A stretch of 64,000 bases of DNA, taken from assembly GCA_030532065.1 (NCBI GenBank), contig JAUNLW010000001.1:520347-584346 (forward strand), given 5' to 3'. Below, piece after piece: positions 9,716 to 18,893 of this stretch (position 1 is its first letter; every line of letters begins with the position of its first letter). The notes below the pieces were generated by a model. The model worked only from the letters and a program-made list of their open reading frames with translations, did not search any database and was not told the origin of the DNA. The stretch is from Eubacteriales bacterium (GTDB lineage Bacteria > Bacillota > Clostridia > Saccharofermentanales > DTU023). Both the position numbers and the translations under genes were made by a program.

Positions 9716-12352
9716 TCAGTCTTGCATATTCTCCATACTACCCCATGCTTGACCTTGACTGAGCTCTACCTTAAGGGGCAGATCTAGGTCCATGGCATCC
9801 TCCATTGCCTCACGTAGCAAGCGGGCCGTGGCCTCAGTTTCCTCCTTAGGGCATTCTAATAATAATTCGTCATGTACTTGAAGTAAGAGTCTGGCTTTCA
9901 AACTACTTTCTTCAATTGCTTTATCCACTCTTAACATTGCTAACTTGATTAGATCAGCTGCACTACCTTGCACCGGAGCATTCATAGCCGCCCTTTCTCC
10001 AAATTTTCTTTGTTGGTAGTTCCTGCTCTTGAGTTCGGGTATGTATCGTCTCCTGCCAAGAATAGTCTCTACATAGCCTCTCTCTTTGGCCAGTTCAGCC
10101 TGACTCTGCATCCAAGGTCTAACTTTGGGATAGTTTTCATCATAGGCTTCAATTAGTCTTCTAGCCTCCATAACACTTATATCTAGATTTTGTGAAAGTC
10201 CAAAATCACTAATGCCATATACGATACTAAAGTTAACCGTCTTTGCGTCACGTCTTTCGCTAGGAGATACGGCAGACAAGTCTTTGTTAAAGAGCTTAGC
10301 AGCTGTACTACTATGTATGTCTTCTCCTTCCCTAAAGGCAGCAAGAAGATTTTCGTCTTGAGACAGAATAGCTAAAAGTCTTAATTCAATTTGTGAATAG
10401 TCAGCATCAATAAAGGTCTGACCCTGGCCTGCCACAAAGGAATCTCTAATATCTTTTGCTCGCTCTGACTTAACCGGGATATTTTGTAAATTTGGCTCCG
10501 CGCTAGAGAGTCTTCCGGTCGAGGTCAGGGTTTGCTTAAATACAGTATGAATTCGGCCATCTGCAGAAATACTTTTGGCAAGTCCATCAACAAAGGTAGA
10601 AAGTAGTTTACTCAACTCACGATATTCTAAAATCAATGGAATCGCAGGATGGGCAAGCCTGAGTCCTTCCAAGATCTCAGCCGCTGTGGAATATGAACCA
10701 CTTTTAGTCTTTTTTGCTCCCGGTAATTTAAGTTCTTCAAAGAGAACCTCGCCTAGTTGCTTGCTGGAGTTTAAATTGATCTCACGTCCAAAGTAGAAAT
10801 AGATTTGCTGTTCCAGCTGGTATAACTCTTCCCTCCAGGAGACTGCCATAACATCTAAAGCCTCGCGGTCAAGAGCAATACCCGTATCTTCCATTTTTGC
10901 CAGCACTCTGGCTAAAGGAAACTCCATATCCTGGGCCAGGTTATCAAGGCCATCTTTTTTTAAAGCATCTTCGCTCAACGCACGTAAACGTACAAGGACA
11001 GCCAGCTGCAAAATCCCGGCAGCATCTTCTTCACCGAAGTTTTCCGCAGCTTGCTTTAACTCATTCTCCCAGGAAGGCAAATCGGAGCTCAAGCTTTCAT
11101 AACTGGAGCGTAAATTGTGCTCTGTGTTCTTTGACGAATCCAAGAGATTAAGCAGATAGGAAGCAATCTCTACATCGTAGTAGTCCTGACTTGGCGGTGC
11201 GAGTTCTAAGTCGCGTAAGAGTTCCTTACCAGCCCAAAACACTAATTTACTCTCAGACTGTTCGCGCAAACTTTCTTGCCAAAGCTTGATGAAAGAATTC
11301 TGATTCAGAACGCAGTAATGCTGCTCCTGGTCCGCCAGGTAAATTTTCTTATGCTCCGGCCAAATATAGAGGGCATGTCCTTTAGCCTGATCCAAGAGCT
11401 GTTCCTTGGCTATTTGCTCCCAGTTTTCAGTCAAAGCGCCTGCGTCTTTGGCCGTGAGTTGCTCTAGCTCGAAACGCTGATGGAATGAACGAAAGCCCAG
11501 GCGATCAAAATAAGCCAGCAATTTCTCTTCCGTCAGCTCACCTTTCACATAACCAGGCTCGTAAGGTGCCTCAAAGCACAACTGAGCCAGTTGGTAAGAT
11601 AACTCCGCCTGCTTCTTACCTTCAGTCAGGAGCTTAGCCTGGCGCGGTTTTATCTGATCCAGGTTGGCATAGACTTCTTTTATGTTGCCATAAGCCCTGA
11701 TCAGCTCCTGTCCGCTTTTCTCACCTATACCTTTGACTCCCGGAATATTATCGGAACTGTCTCCACGAAGTGCCTTATAGTCCAAGAGATACTTCGGTTC
11801 AAAACCATAGGTTTCGCGAAAAATCTCCGGTGTCATTAGATCTTTTCCTCGCTCACCCTTGCGGTTATAGGGGTAGATCAAAGTAACATGGTCGCTGATC
11901 AGCTGCCAGAGGTCACGGTCGCCAGAGAGCACGTAAATGTGAGTTAACCCCTTTTCTTCTGCTTCTCGACTTAAGGTGGCAATAAGATCGTCAGCCTCAT
12001 ATCCAGCTAGCTCCACCCGATCTACGCCCATATAGCTCAAACCTTCTTTTACCAAGGGCACTTGCTGCGCTAAGTCCTCATCCATGGGCCTGCGACCAGC
12101 CTTATAGTCAGTGAAAATCTCCTTACGGAAAGTTGGCTCCGAACGGTCAAAGCAGACCACAGTCCGGCCCGGCTTCAACAAGTCCTGGTACGAAAACAAC
12201 ATATTGAAGAAAGAGTAAACTGCCGCGGTCGGTGTACCGTCCGGAGCAGTGAGTCTTTTGCCGCGAGCCATGGCAAAATGCGCACGGTTGAGAATACTGT
12301 TGCCGTCCAACAAAAGTAGATCGGCAGAAGCCAGGTTTGCGGAATTAGTCAT
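9716..12352 (-). CDS. polA: DNA polymerase I
   Basis: 878 aa. 5'-nuclease N-domain (LLLLDGNSILNRAHFA..GDSSDNIPGVKGIGEKS), and polymerase motifs DYSQIELR and LLQVHDELLLE. Confidence 0.95.
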   Translation of the reverse strand: MTNSANLASADLLLLDGNSILNRAHFAMARGKRLTAPDGTPTAAVYSFFNMLFSYQDLLKPGRTVVCFDRSEPTFRKEIFTDYKAGRRPMDEDLAQQVPLVKEGLSYMGVDRVELAGYEADDLIATLSREAEEKGLTHIYVLSGDRDLWQLISDHVTLIYPYNRKGERGKDLMTPEIFRETYGFEPKYLLDYKALRGDSSDNIPGVKGIGEKSGQELIRAYGNIKEVYANLDQIKPRQAKLLTEGKKQAELSYQLAQLCFEAPYEPGYVKGELTEEKLLAYFDRLGFRSFHQRFELEQLTAKDAGALTENWEQIAKEQLLDQAKGHALYIWPEHKKIYLADQEQHYCVLNQNSFIKLWQESLREQSESKLVFWAGKELLRDLELAPPSQDYYDVEIASYLLNLLDSSKNTEHNLRSSYESLSSDLPSWENELKQAAENFGEEDAAGILQLAVLVRLRALSEDALKKDGLDNLAQDMEFPLARVLAKMEDTGIALDREALDVMAVSWREELYQLEQQIYFYFGREINLNSSKQLGEVLFEELKLPGAKKTKSGSYSTAAEILEGLRLAHPAIPLILEYRELSKLLSTFVDGLAKSISADGRIHTVFKQTLTSTGRLSSAEPNLQNIPVKSERAKDIRDSFVAGQGQTFIDADYSQIELRLLAILSQDENLLAAFREGEDIHSSTAAKLFNKDLSAVSPSERRDAKTVNFSIVYGISDFGLSQNLDISVMEARRLIEAYDENYPKVRPWMQSQAELAKERGYVETILGRRRYIPELKSRNYQQRKFGERAAMNAPVQGSAADLIKLAMLRVDKAIEESSLKARLLLQVHDELLLECPKEETEATARLLREAMEDAMDLDLPLKVELSQGQAWGSMENMQD

Positions 12353-12562
12353 GATTATTTCTCCTTAACTTGCAACAGATAAAAGCTGCATATCTGTTCT
12401 TACATCTGTATAAAGCAAGTAACATTGTCACTTTATGTGGCAATTTCTTCTAACTGTATTCCCAGTATAACCTAGCTCAGGCAATGGGTTCACTTTTCTC
12501 TGGAAAACCTCTCTTTTTTAAGGCTAAAAAAGCTGAAAACGCCTATAAATGCGCTCTTTTGC

Positions 12563-12592
12563 TTGACAAGCCCTTTTACGCTATGCATAATA
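12563..12592 (+). promoter_or_regulatory. Putative sigma-70 promoter of hup
   Basis: TTGACA (12563-12568), an 18-nt spacer, then ATAATA (12587-12592) preceded by a TGc extended -10. It lies about 30 nt upstream of the AAAGGAGG RBS. Confidence 0.5.
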
Positions 12593-12622
12593 CTTGAGAA
12601 ATGTCTAAAAGGAGGCACTCTC

Positions 12623-12898
12623 ATGAACAAAACTGAATTGATCGCTGCTGTAGCAGACAAAACTGAATTAACCAAAAAGGATAGCGAAAAGGCAGTTAAT
12701 GCAGTTATCGAAACTATCAGCGAAGCTCTGGAAGAGGGCGACAAGGTAGTGCTCGTTGGCTTTGGTACTTTTGAAGTACGTGAGCGCGCAGAGCGCATGG
12801 GCCGCAACCCCAGCACCAAAGAAGTTATTAAGATCCCCGCATCTAAGGCCCCTGCCTTTAAAGCTGGTAAGAGCCTCAAAGAACGGGTGAATAACTAA
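12623..12898 (+). CDS. hup: DNA-binding protein HU
   Basis: 91 aa from the ATG at 12623 ([57 protein letters not shown]). AAAGGAGG RBS at 12608-12615. The ORF-track start at 12563 is an upstream in-frame extension. Confidence 0.9.
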   Translation: MNKTELIAAVADKTELTKKDSEKAVNAVIETISEALEEGDKVVLVGFGTFEVRERAERMGRNPSTKEVIKIPASKAPAFKAGKSLKERVNN

Positions 12899-12914
12899 TT
12901 TTCACTCAATTTTG

Positions 12915-13586
12915 TCAATGAAGGCTGTCGTTAGCGGCAGCTTTTTTTTTATCAATTCTGATTAAATCGCGAATTTCGTGCTCCAACAATTTGATTGCGC
13001 TGCCGTTTGAGTAGACTGGTTGATTCTCATCCAGCGCCCTGAAGGGTTTAAGAGTTTTGATCGTGCAATCTTCTTGAAAAACTAATTGCGCATTATGGTT
13101 TTGATTCTCATAAAGTTCCCGCTCTTTAAGCCTTTGCAGACAATAGCGAACATTTCGCTCCACTTGCGCGATACTGCATTGATAGTTTTCGGCACACATG
13201 GGATAAAGCGTCTTGGATAAAGGGTGTCTGAGTCTGGGATCCAGCGTAAGCTGTATAAGCATATAGCGCAGTAGGAAGAAACCTTGTAAAGAGCAGTCAA
13301 AGTTATAACAGGAAAGTACAGCATCCACATAGAATTCCGCATTAATCGCTACTTGCTCCGCATCTGAAGTATCTTCAGTAAGTCTCATTTGAGCAAGTTC
13401 CTGCAGACGCATGGCAGCGAAAGGCGCTCCCTTACTACCATCGATAATGTAATGGTAGCGACCGCTTTGATCACGGTAGCCAAGCACCCCTTTAGATGCC
13501 ATGATTTCATTTACCTTATTTAACAGGTCTTGGTTACCTGAGGTAATGTAGAACGAGATCGATTGTTTCTTTTTCTTTACAGACAT
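12915..13586 (-). CDS. Receiver-less Spo0A C-terminal (DNA-binding) domain protein; putative transcription factor
   Basis: Residues LQGFFLLRYMLIQL..LSKTLYPMCAENYQCSIAQVERNVRYCLQRL align with the Spo0A effector domain ([43 protein letters not shown]). There is no CheY-like receiver; the roughly 100-aa N-domain is unassigned. I prefer the ATG at 13586 (MSVKKKK) because a GAGGA RBS lies 7 nt upstream. The ORF-track GTG at 13661 is unsupported. Confidence 0.7.
   Translation of the reverse strand: MSVKKKKQSISFYITSGNQDLLNKVNEIMASKGVLGYRDQSGRYHYIIDGSKGAPFAAMRLQELAQMRLTEDTSDAEQVAINAEFYVDAVLSCYNFDCSLQGFFLLRYMLIQLTLDPRLRHPLSKTLYPMCAENYQCSIAQVERNVRYCLQRLKERELYENQNHNAQLVFQEDCTIKTLKPFRALDENQPVYSNGSAIKLLEHEIRDLIRIDKKKAAANDSLH
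12924..12950 (+). terminator. Intrinsic terminator of hup
   Basis: GCTGTCG-ttag-CGGCAGC stem (one G-U pair) followed by a T9 run. It overlaps the 3' end of the convergent minus-strand ORF. Confidence 0.6.
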
Positions 13587-13667
13587 GTTTCGGTCCTCAT
13601 ACATTTTAATGTTAATCACAAGATAGCATAAGGCAGGATCAAATAAAAGGGTATTTTTCACGCTTTT

Positions 13668-13719
13668 TGTCGAAAACGTGTAATAATCGAAAATTCCAAT
13701 AATGTTGGCATTTTCGATC
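13668..13719. promoter_or_regulatory. 0A-box-like motifs and an imperfect 33-nt inverted repeat upstream of the Spo0A_C-domain gene
   Basis: TGTCGAA at 13668-13674 is an exact 0A-box heptamer on the plus strand. AATCGAA lies at 13685-13691, and GATCGAA on the minus strand at 13713-13719. The last two lie within the inverted repeat atcgaaaat-tccaataatgttggc-attttcgat. That repeat could alternatively be the terminator of the upstream ligA operon. Confidence 0.3.
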
Positions 13720-13743
13720 GGTTTTTACTATAATTTATTGATT

Positions 13744-14178
13744 TTACTCGGAAACAGGAGTTTGCACATCTTCTGCGGGGGCCAGTTGCTCAATTTCTAA
13801 AACTGTTCTGGTATGAGGCGCATAACGCAGTCTATATAATGAAATCCCATCAAAATCTGCAGTCCCAGGGCTGATCATAAAAACCTGTTCACCCACAATT
13901 AATTTATTTCTGTCCAGCAGAGCCTCCGCTGAGTCGAGATTATAAGTGTAGAGACTGTTCTCCTGTATAGCTACCGCGTCCAGTATGCGGGGTCTTAATT
14001 CAAATATGCATAAGAGTAAGAGCAGTAAAGTCAGAATGGATGGCATGAAGAAACTAAACTTATGCCGGTTCTCATGCGCTCTGTTGATACGCATACGTGA
14101 GATGAGCAGCACAAAAACCAGGCAACAGGTTAATAAAGACAGGCCCAGTCCCAGATAAAACATCAAATAGGCACTCAT
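13744..14178 (-). CDS. Hypothetical two-helix membrane protein, translationally coupled to ligA
   Basis: 144 aa. Two hydrophobic helices (LMFYLGLGLSLLTCCLVFVLLI, FFMPSILTLLLLLLCIF) followed by a soluble domain of roughly 80 aa. Its ATG overlaps the ligA TGA (ATGA at 14175-14178). Confidence 0.6.
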   Translation of the reverse strand: MSAYLMFYLGLGLSLLTCCLVFVLLISRMRINRAHENRHKFSFFMPSILTLLLLLLCIFELRPRILDAVAIQENSLYTYNLDSAEALLDRNKLIVGEQVFMISPGTADFDGISLYRLRYAPHTRTVLEIEQLAPAEDVQTPVSE

Positions 14179-16181
14179 AGCTCACCTCTTAAGAGTTTAG
14201 CCAAATCTTTGGCTTCTACTACTTTAATTCCGAGTTCTTCTGCCTTACGCAGTTTAGAGCCGGGATCTTCACCAGCCAGAAGATAATCTGTCTTCTTAGA
14301 GACCGAAGATTTAACCTGTGCGCCGGCTGCTTCCAGTTGTTTAGTCACTTCACTGCGGCTAAGTTCCCCTATGCTGCCAGTAATTACGATTGACTTATGG
14401 GCTAGAAGTCCTCCATTACTTACTTCGTCGGTTGTACGCGCCTCTAAGTTTAGGCCTAAACCTCTAAAATCTTCCAGTAATTCGCGGTTTGTTTCCTCAC
14501 TAAAATAGTTCAGTAAAGAACTGGCGCTTTCTTCGCCTATATCGGGCACCTGCAATAGTTCTTCCAAGGAAGCAGTACTGATCTTATCTAATGACTGGAA
14601 ATGTCGAGTGAGATTACGTGCCGTCGCGGGTCCTATATGACGAATTCCCAAACCGGCCAAAAGACGCCAGAGATCATTTTCTTTTGAATTCTCTATGGCT
14701 TGCAGAAGATTATCTACGCGTTTTTCGCGGCCAACCAGGCCGGAACTGATCAACGTTTCTCGGCTGTCCTTAAGCCGGTAAATATCGGCCAGGCTGTGGA
14801 TATAACCTGCCTGGAACAGGCTTTCTACAGTTTGTTCTCCCAAGCCCATAATGTCCATACAAGGCTTGGAGGCAAAGTAGATCAGGCGAGCGGAAATCTG
14901 TGCGGGGCAGGAACTGGAGGGACAATACAGATCTACTGAATCGTCTCGATTTTCCAGTAAGCTACCACAGACCGGGCAATGCTCCGGCATTTCCCAAACT
15001 TTACTGTCTGAAGGCCTCTTGTCTAAGTTAACTCCCAAGATATGAGGAATAATATCTCCACTTTTACTGAGGATAACAGTATCTCCTGGTCTAACGTCCA
15101 GGCTGCTAATGATCGCCCCATTGTGAAGACTGGCCCGACTGACGGTTGAGCCAGAAAGCAGAACCGGGCTTAAATGGGCTAACGGGGTAATCTTACCAGT
15201 ACGGCCCACTTGTACCTCGATCGATTCAAGCAAAGTTTCCTTAATCTCAGGCGGATATTTGTAGGCAACAGCCCAGCGGGGCACTTTAGTCGTGGCACCC
15301 AATGCTTCGCGATAGCTGAGATCGTCCAGTTTTACTACAGCTCCGTCTATACCATAGGGTAGGTCGGACCGCACTTTATTGATTGCCTCTATCGCTGCCT
15401 GGATCTCGCTGTCAGTTTGGCAGATTTTGATTCCCGGCAACACTTGGAAGCCCAGACTTTGAAGCCAGGTTAGACCTTCGGAGTCTGTCGCAAAACTGCG
15501 TCCCTCCACCTCCATAATGTCAAAAATAAAATACGAAAGGCCTCTTGCTTTTACTAAGTTTGAGTCCAACTGACGAATGGTGCCGGCAGCGGAATTGCGT
15601 GGGTTGGCAAATACCCTTCCTCCCTGCTTCTCCTGCTCGGCATTAAGCTTATAGAAGGCCTCATAGGGCATATAGACTTCACCGCGCACATAAAGCCGTT
15701 TTATATCCTCTGGAATTGACTCAGGTAAATCCCAGAGATTTCTGGCATTATCTGTGACGTTTTCTCCAAAGTGATGGCCATCGCCTCGGGTATGAGCTAA
15801 AGTCAGGCAGCCATTTTCGTAGAGAAAGCCCATGGAAAGTCCATCAATCTTTTCTTCCACTGTAAACCTGGCAGCCGGATACTGATATCGAAGCTCTGAG
15901 GTAAAGGTCCATATTTCTTCATAAGAAAAAACATCCTGTAAGGAGAGTAAGGGCTTCCACAGTTCAACCCGCTTGAGGTTGGAAGAAGCAGTTCCACCAA
16001 CCTCTCTGGCTGGCGAGGCTTCCTCAGCAAGTTCAGGATGCGCTGCTTCCAGTTCTTCCAACCTGCGCAGCAGGAGATCATACTCCATGTCGGACACTAT
16101 TGGCGCATCCAGATCATAGTAAGCATGATTTAACTCTTCCAGATACTTACGTAAGTGCCGCAGCTCTTGAAGCTCGTCCAT
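14175..16181 (-). CDS. ligA: NAD-dependent DNA ligase
   Basis: 668 aa. Adenylation motif EEKIDGLS, a Zn finger (CPVCGS..CPSSSCPAQ), HhH repeats and a C-terminal BRCT domain. Confidence 0.95.
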   Translation of the reverse strand: MDELQELRHLRKYLEELNHAYYDLDAPIVSDMEYDLLLRRLEELEAAHPELAEEASPAREVGGTASSNLKRVELWKPLLSLQDVFSYEEIWTFTSELRYQYPAARFTVEEKIDGLSMGFLYENGCLTLAHTRGDGHHFGENVTDNARNLWDLPESIPEDIKRLYVRGEVYMPYEAFYKLNAEQEKQGGRVFANPRNSAAGTIRQLDSNLVKARGLSYFIFDIMEVEGRSFATDSEGLTWLQSLGFQVLPGIKICQTDSEIQAAIEAINKVRSDLPYGIDGAVVKLDDLSYREALGATTKVPRWAVAYKYPPEIKETLLESIEVQVGRTGKITPLAHLSPVLLSGSTVSRASLHNGAIISSLDVRPGDTVILSKSGDIIPHILGVNLDKRPSDSKVWEMPEHCPVCGSLLENRDDSVDLYCPSSSCPAQISARLIYFASKPCMDIMGLGEQTVESLFQAGYIHSLADIYRLKDSRETLISSGLVGREKRVDNLLQAIENSKENDLWRLLAGLGIRHIGPATARNLTRHFQSLDKISTASLEELLQVPDIGEESASSLLNYFSEETNRELLEDFRGLGLNLEARTTDEVSNGGLLAHKSIVITGSIGELSRSEVTKQLEAAGAQVKSSVSKKTDYLLAGEDPGSKLRKAEELGIKVVEAKDLAKLLRGEL

Positions 16182-16231
16182 AACTTTACGCTCCCTACTA
16201 ACCAGCAGAGCCGCAGCTCCGCTTAAGTGAT

Positions 16232-18883
16232 CTAAGCTTCTTTTAGTTGCTTAAGGCGCTCCTGGTTGGCAGCATAACTTTCCCTGTTCTTTTGCAGTTT
16301 GTCTCTTTCCTTCTGCACTACTGCCTCCGGAGCTTTGCTGGTAAAGCTCTCATTAGCCAGCATCTTCTCACCACGTTTAATCTCCTGCGTCAGGCGATCA
16401 AGTTCTGCTTCCAGACGACTGATCTCTTCTCCGATGTCAACCAGATTTTCTAAAGGGATATAGACCGCTCCGGAGGTAAAGCCGGCGGAGATGGCATTTA
16501 GCGGCAAGCTATCCTTATCTGAGCTGAGGCTCGTAGAGCCGACATTTGCCAGCTGTTTAAGCAGAGCAGGATTCTCTTCAAAAATAGCCAGGACTTCTGA
16601 TCTTTCTGAATGGACAATAATGGCGATCTCTTTACTGGGAGCTACCTGTTTTTCGGCTCGAATATTACGAATACCGCGTACAGCCTCCATCAGGAGGTTG
16701 ATCTCGGCAGCTTCCTCGGGGAAATTATACTTAGGGTCAACTTGTGGCCAGGAAGCAGTTACCAGCATACCTTCATCTTGGATCAGGTAACCGAAGATCT
16801 CCTCCGTGATAAAGGGCATGAAGGGATGTAACAACTTCATAGCCTGCGCTAAAACATAATTTAGGACAAATTGCGCGGCGGTACGAGACTTGCCAGTTTG
16901 GCGCAGGCGAGGTTTTACCATCTCAATATACCAGTCGCAGAACAGGTCCCAGAGGAAGGCATAGATATTACCTAAGCACAGGCCAAACTCAAATTTTTCG
17001 ATATTATCATTTGTTTGTTGGATCAATTTTTGCAGCTCATGTAAGATCCACCTGTCTTCACGCGCCAGATCTTCTATTGTGACGCTGGCAAAATCCATCT
17101 CGTCATCAAAGTTCATCTCGGCAAAACGGAAAGCATTCCAGATCTTGTTGCAGAAATTGCGCGCTGCCTCAATCTTATCTTGAGAGAAGCGCATATCATT
17201 ACCAGCAGAGCTGCCGTTGACTAAGGTAAAGCGCAAAGCATCAGCGCCATATTCCTCAATCGCTTTCAAAGGGTCGATGCCATTACCTAAAGACTTGGAC
17301 ATCTTGCGGCCTTGAGCGTCGCGAACCAGTCCGTTGAGATAGACTCTGCGGAAGGGTATCTGGCCGGTAAGTTTGAGTGAAGCGAAAATCATTCTGGCTA
17401 CCCAGAAAAAGATAATATCATAGCCTGTAACCAAAAAATCGGTCGGGAAGAATTTTTCCAATTCCGGCGTCTGATCAGGCCATCCTAAAGTTGAGAATGG
17501 CCAAAGCGCCGAGGAGAACCAGGTATCTAAAGTATCTGGATCCTGGTGCAAGTTGCTGCTGCCACACTGAGTACATTTGCCTGGTTCTTCTTCAGCCACA
17601 GTTATCTCACCGCACTCATCGCAGTACCAGGCAGGGATCTGGTGACCCCACCAGAGCTGGCGGGAGATACACCAGTCACGAATGTTTTCCAGCCAGTTGT
17701 AGTAGATCTTGTCAAAACGTTCTGGCACAAAAGTGATCTCACCTTTGCGAACGGCTTCAATAGCGGGTTTAGCCAGTTCTTCCATTTTGACAAACCATTG
17801 CAGGGAGAGAATGGGCTCAACTACACTGTCGCAACGAGTGCAATGACCAACCTGGTGAACATGGTCCTCAACTTTAACTAAATAGCCCGCCGCCGCCAGA
17901 TCTTTAACGATTACTTTTCTGGCCTCTTCTCTGCTGAGTCCAGTATACTTGCCACCGTTTTCGTTAATGCTGCCATCTTTATTCATAATGTTGACCATGG
18001 GTAACTGATGGCGCTGACCAACCTCAAAATCATTAGGGTCATGCGCCGGTGTGATTTTTACCACACCGGTTCCAAACTCACGCTCAACATAGCTATCGGC
18101 TATGATAGGAATCTCACGGCCAACCAAGGGCAGAATAGCTGTCTTACCAATATATGCTTGATAACGCTCATCATCCGGATGGACGGCTAAGGCAGTATCA
18201 CCCAGCATAGTTTCCGGTCTGGTAGTAGCAATCTGCAGGTAACCGGATCCGTCACTTAAAGGATAGCGAATGTGCCAGAAATGGCCATCAGTTTCTTTAT
18301 GTTCGACTTCGATATCTGAAATACCGGTTTGGCAGCCCGGGCACCAGTTGACTAGGCGTTCGCCACGATAAATGAGTCCCTCATTATAGAGTTGAACAAA
18401 AAATTTTCTTACTGCCCTGGATAGACCTTCATCCATGGTGAAGCGCTCTTTAGTCCAGTCACTGGATACACCCAGTTTTTTCGATTGCTCAACAATATTG
18501 CCACCGTATTGCTCACGCCAGGCCCAAGCGCGTTCCAGGAAACCTTCTCGGCCTAAGTCTTCTTTACTGATGCCCTCTTCTGCCATCTTGGCAACGATCT
18601 TGGCCTCAGTAGCAATAGAGGCATGGTCTGTACCTGGCAGGTAAAGCGTCTCATAGCCGGCCATACGTCTTTGTCTGGGCAGGATATCCTGCAGGGTCAT
18701 GGTAAAAGCATGACCTATATGGAGTATGCCGGTAATATTAGGTGGAGGCATCACGAGGCAGAAAGGCGGCTTGGCAGAATCGGCATGGGCTTCGAAAGCA
18801 CCGGAATCCAGCCAGGCCTGGTATATCTCATGCTCACGTTTTTGAGGCTCAAAATGGGCCGCGATCTGATCTATTCTCGACAT
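16232..18883 (-). CDS. valS: Valine-tRNA ligase
   Basis: 883 aa. HIGH motif (PPNITGILHIGHA), KMSKS motif (RKMSKSLGN) and a C-terminal coiled coil. Its AAGGAGAG RBS overlaps the upstream gene's stop codon. Confidence 0.95.
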   Translation of the reverse strand: MSRIDQIAAHFEPQKREHEIYQAWLDSGAFEAHADSAKPPFCLVMPPPNITGILHIGHAFTMTLQDILPRQRRMAGYETLYLPGTDHASIATEAKIVAKMAEEGISKEDLGREGFLERAWAWREQYGGNIVEQSKKLGVSSDWTKERFTMDEGLSRAVRKFFVQLYNEGLIYRGERLVNWCPGCQTGISDIEVEHKETDGHFWHIRYPLSDGSGYLQIATTRPETMLGDTALAVHPDDERYQAYIGKTAILPLVGREIPIIADSYVEREFGTGVVKITPAHDPNDFEVGQRHQLPMVNIMNKDGSINENGGKYTGLSREEARKVIVKDLAAAGYLVKVEDHVHQVGHCTRCDSVVEPILSLQWFVKMEELAKPAIEAVRKGEITFVPERFDKIYYNWLENIRDWCISRQLWWGHQIPAWYCDECGEITVAEEEPGKCTQCGSSNLHQDPDTLDTWFSSALWPFSTLGWPDQTPELEKFFPTDFLVTGYDIIFFWVARMIFASLKLTGQIPFRRVYLNGLVRDAQGRKMSKSLGNGIDPLKAIEEYGADALRFTLVNGSSAGNDMRFSQDKIEAARNFCNKIWNAFRFAEMNFDDEMDFASVTIEDLAREDRWILHELQKLIQQTNDNIEKFEFGLCLGNIYAFLWDLFCDWYIEMVKPRLRQTGKSRTAAQFVLNYVLAQAMKLLHPFMPFITEEIFGYLIQDEGMLVTASWPQVDPKYNFPEEAAEINLLMEAVRGIRNIRAEKQVAPSKEIAIIVHSERSEVLAIFEENPALLKQLANVGSTSLSSDKDSLPLNAISAGFTSGAVYIPLENLVDIGEEISRLEAELDRLTQEIKRGEKMLANESFTSKAPEAVVQKERDKLQKNRESYAANQERLKQLKEA

Positions 18884-18893
18884 ATCTCTCTCC

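Noticed and set aside
12490-12879. 129-aa minus-strand ORF overlapping hup and its promoter
   Set aside because: It is antisense to the highly conserved HU gene, and its sequence is low complexity.
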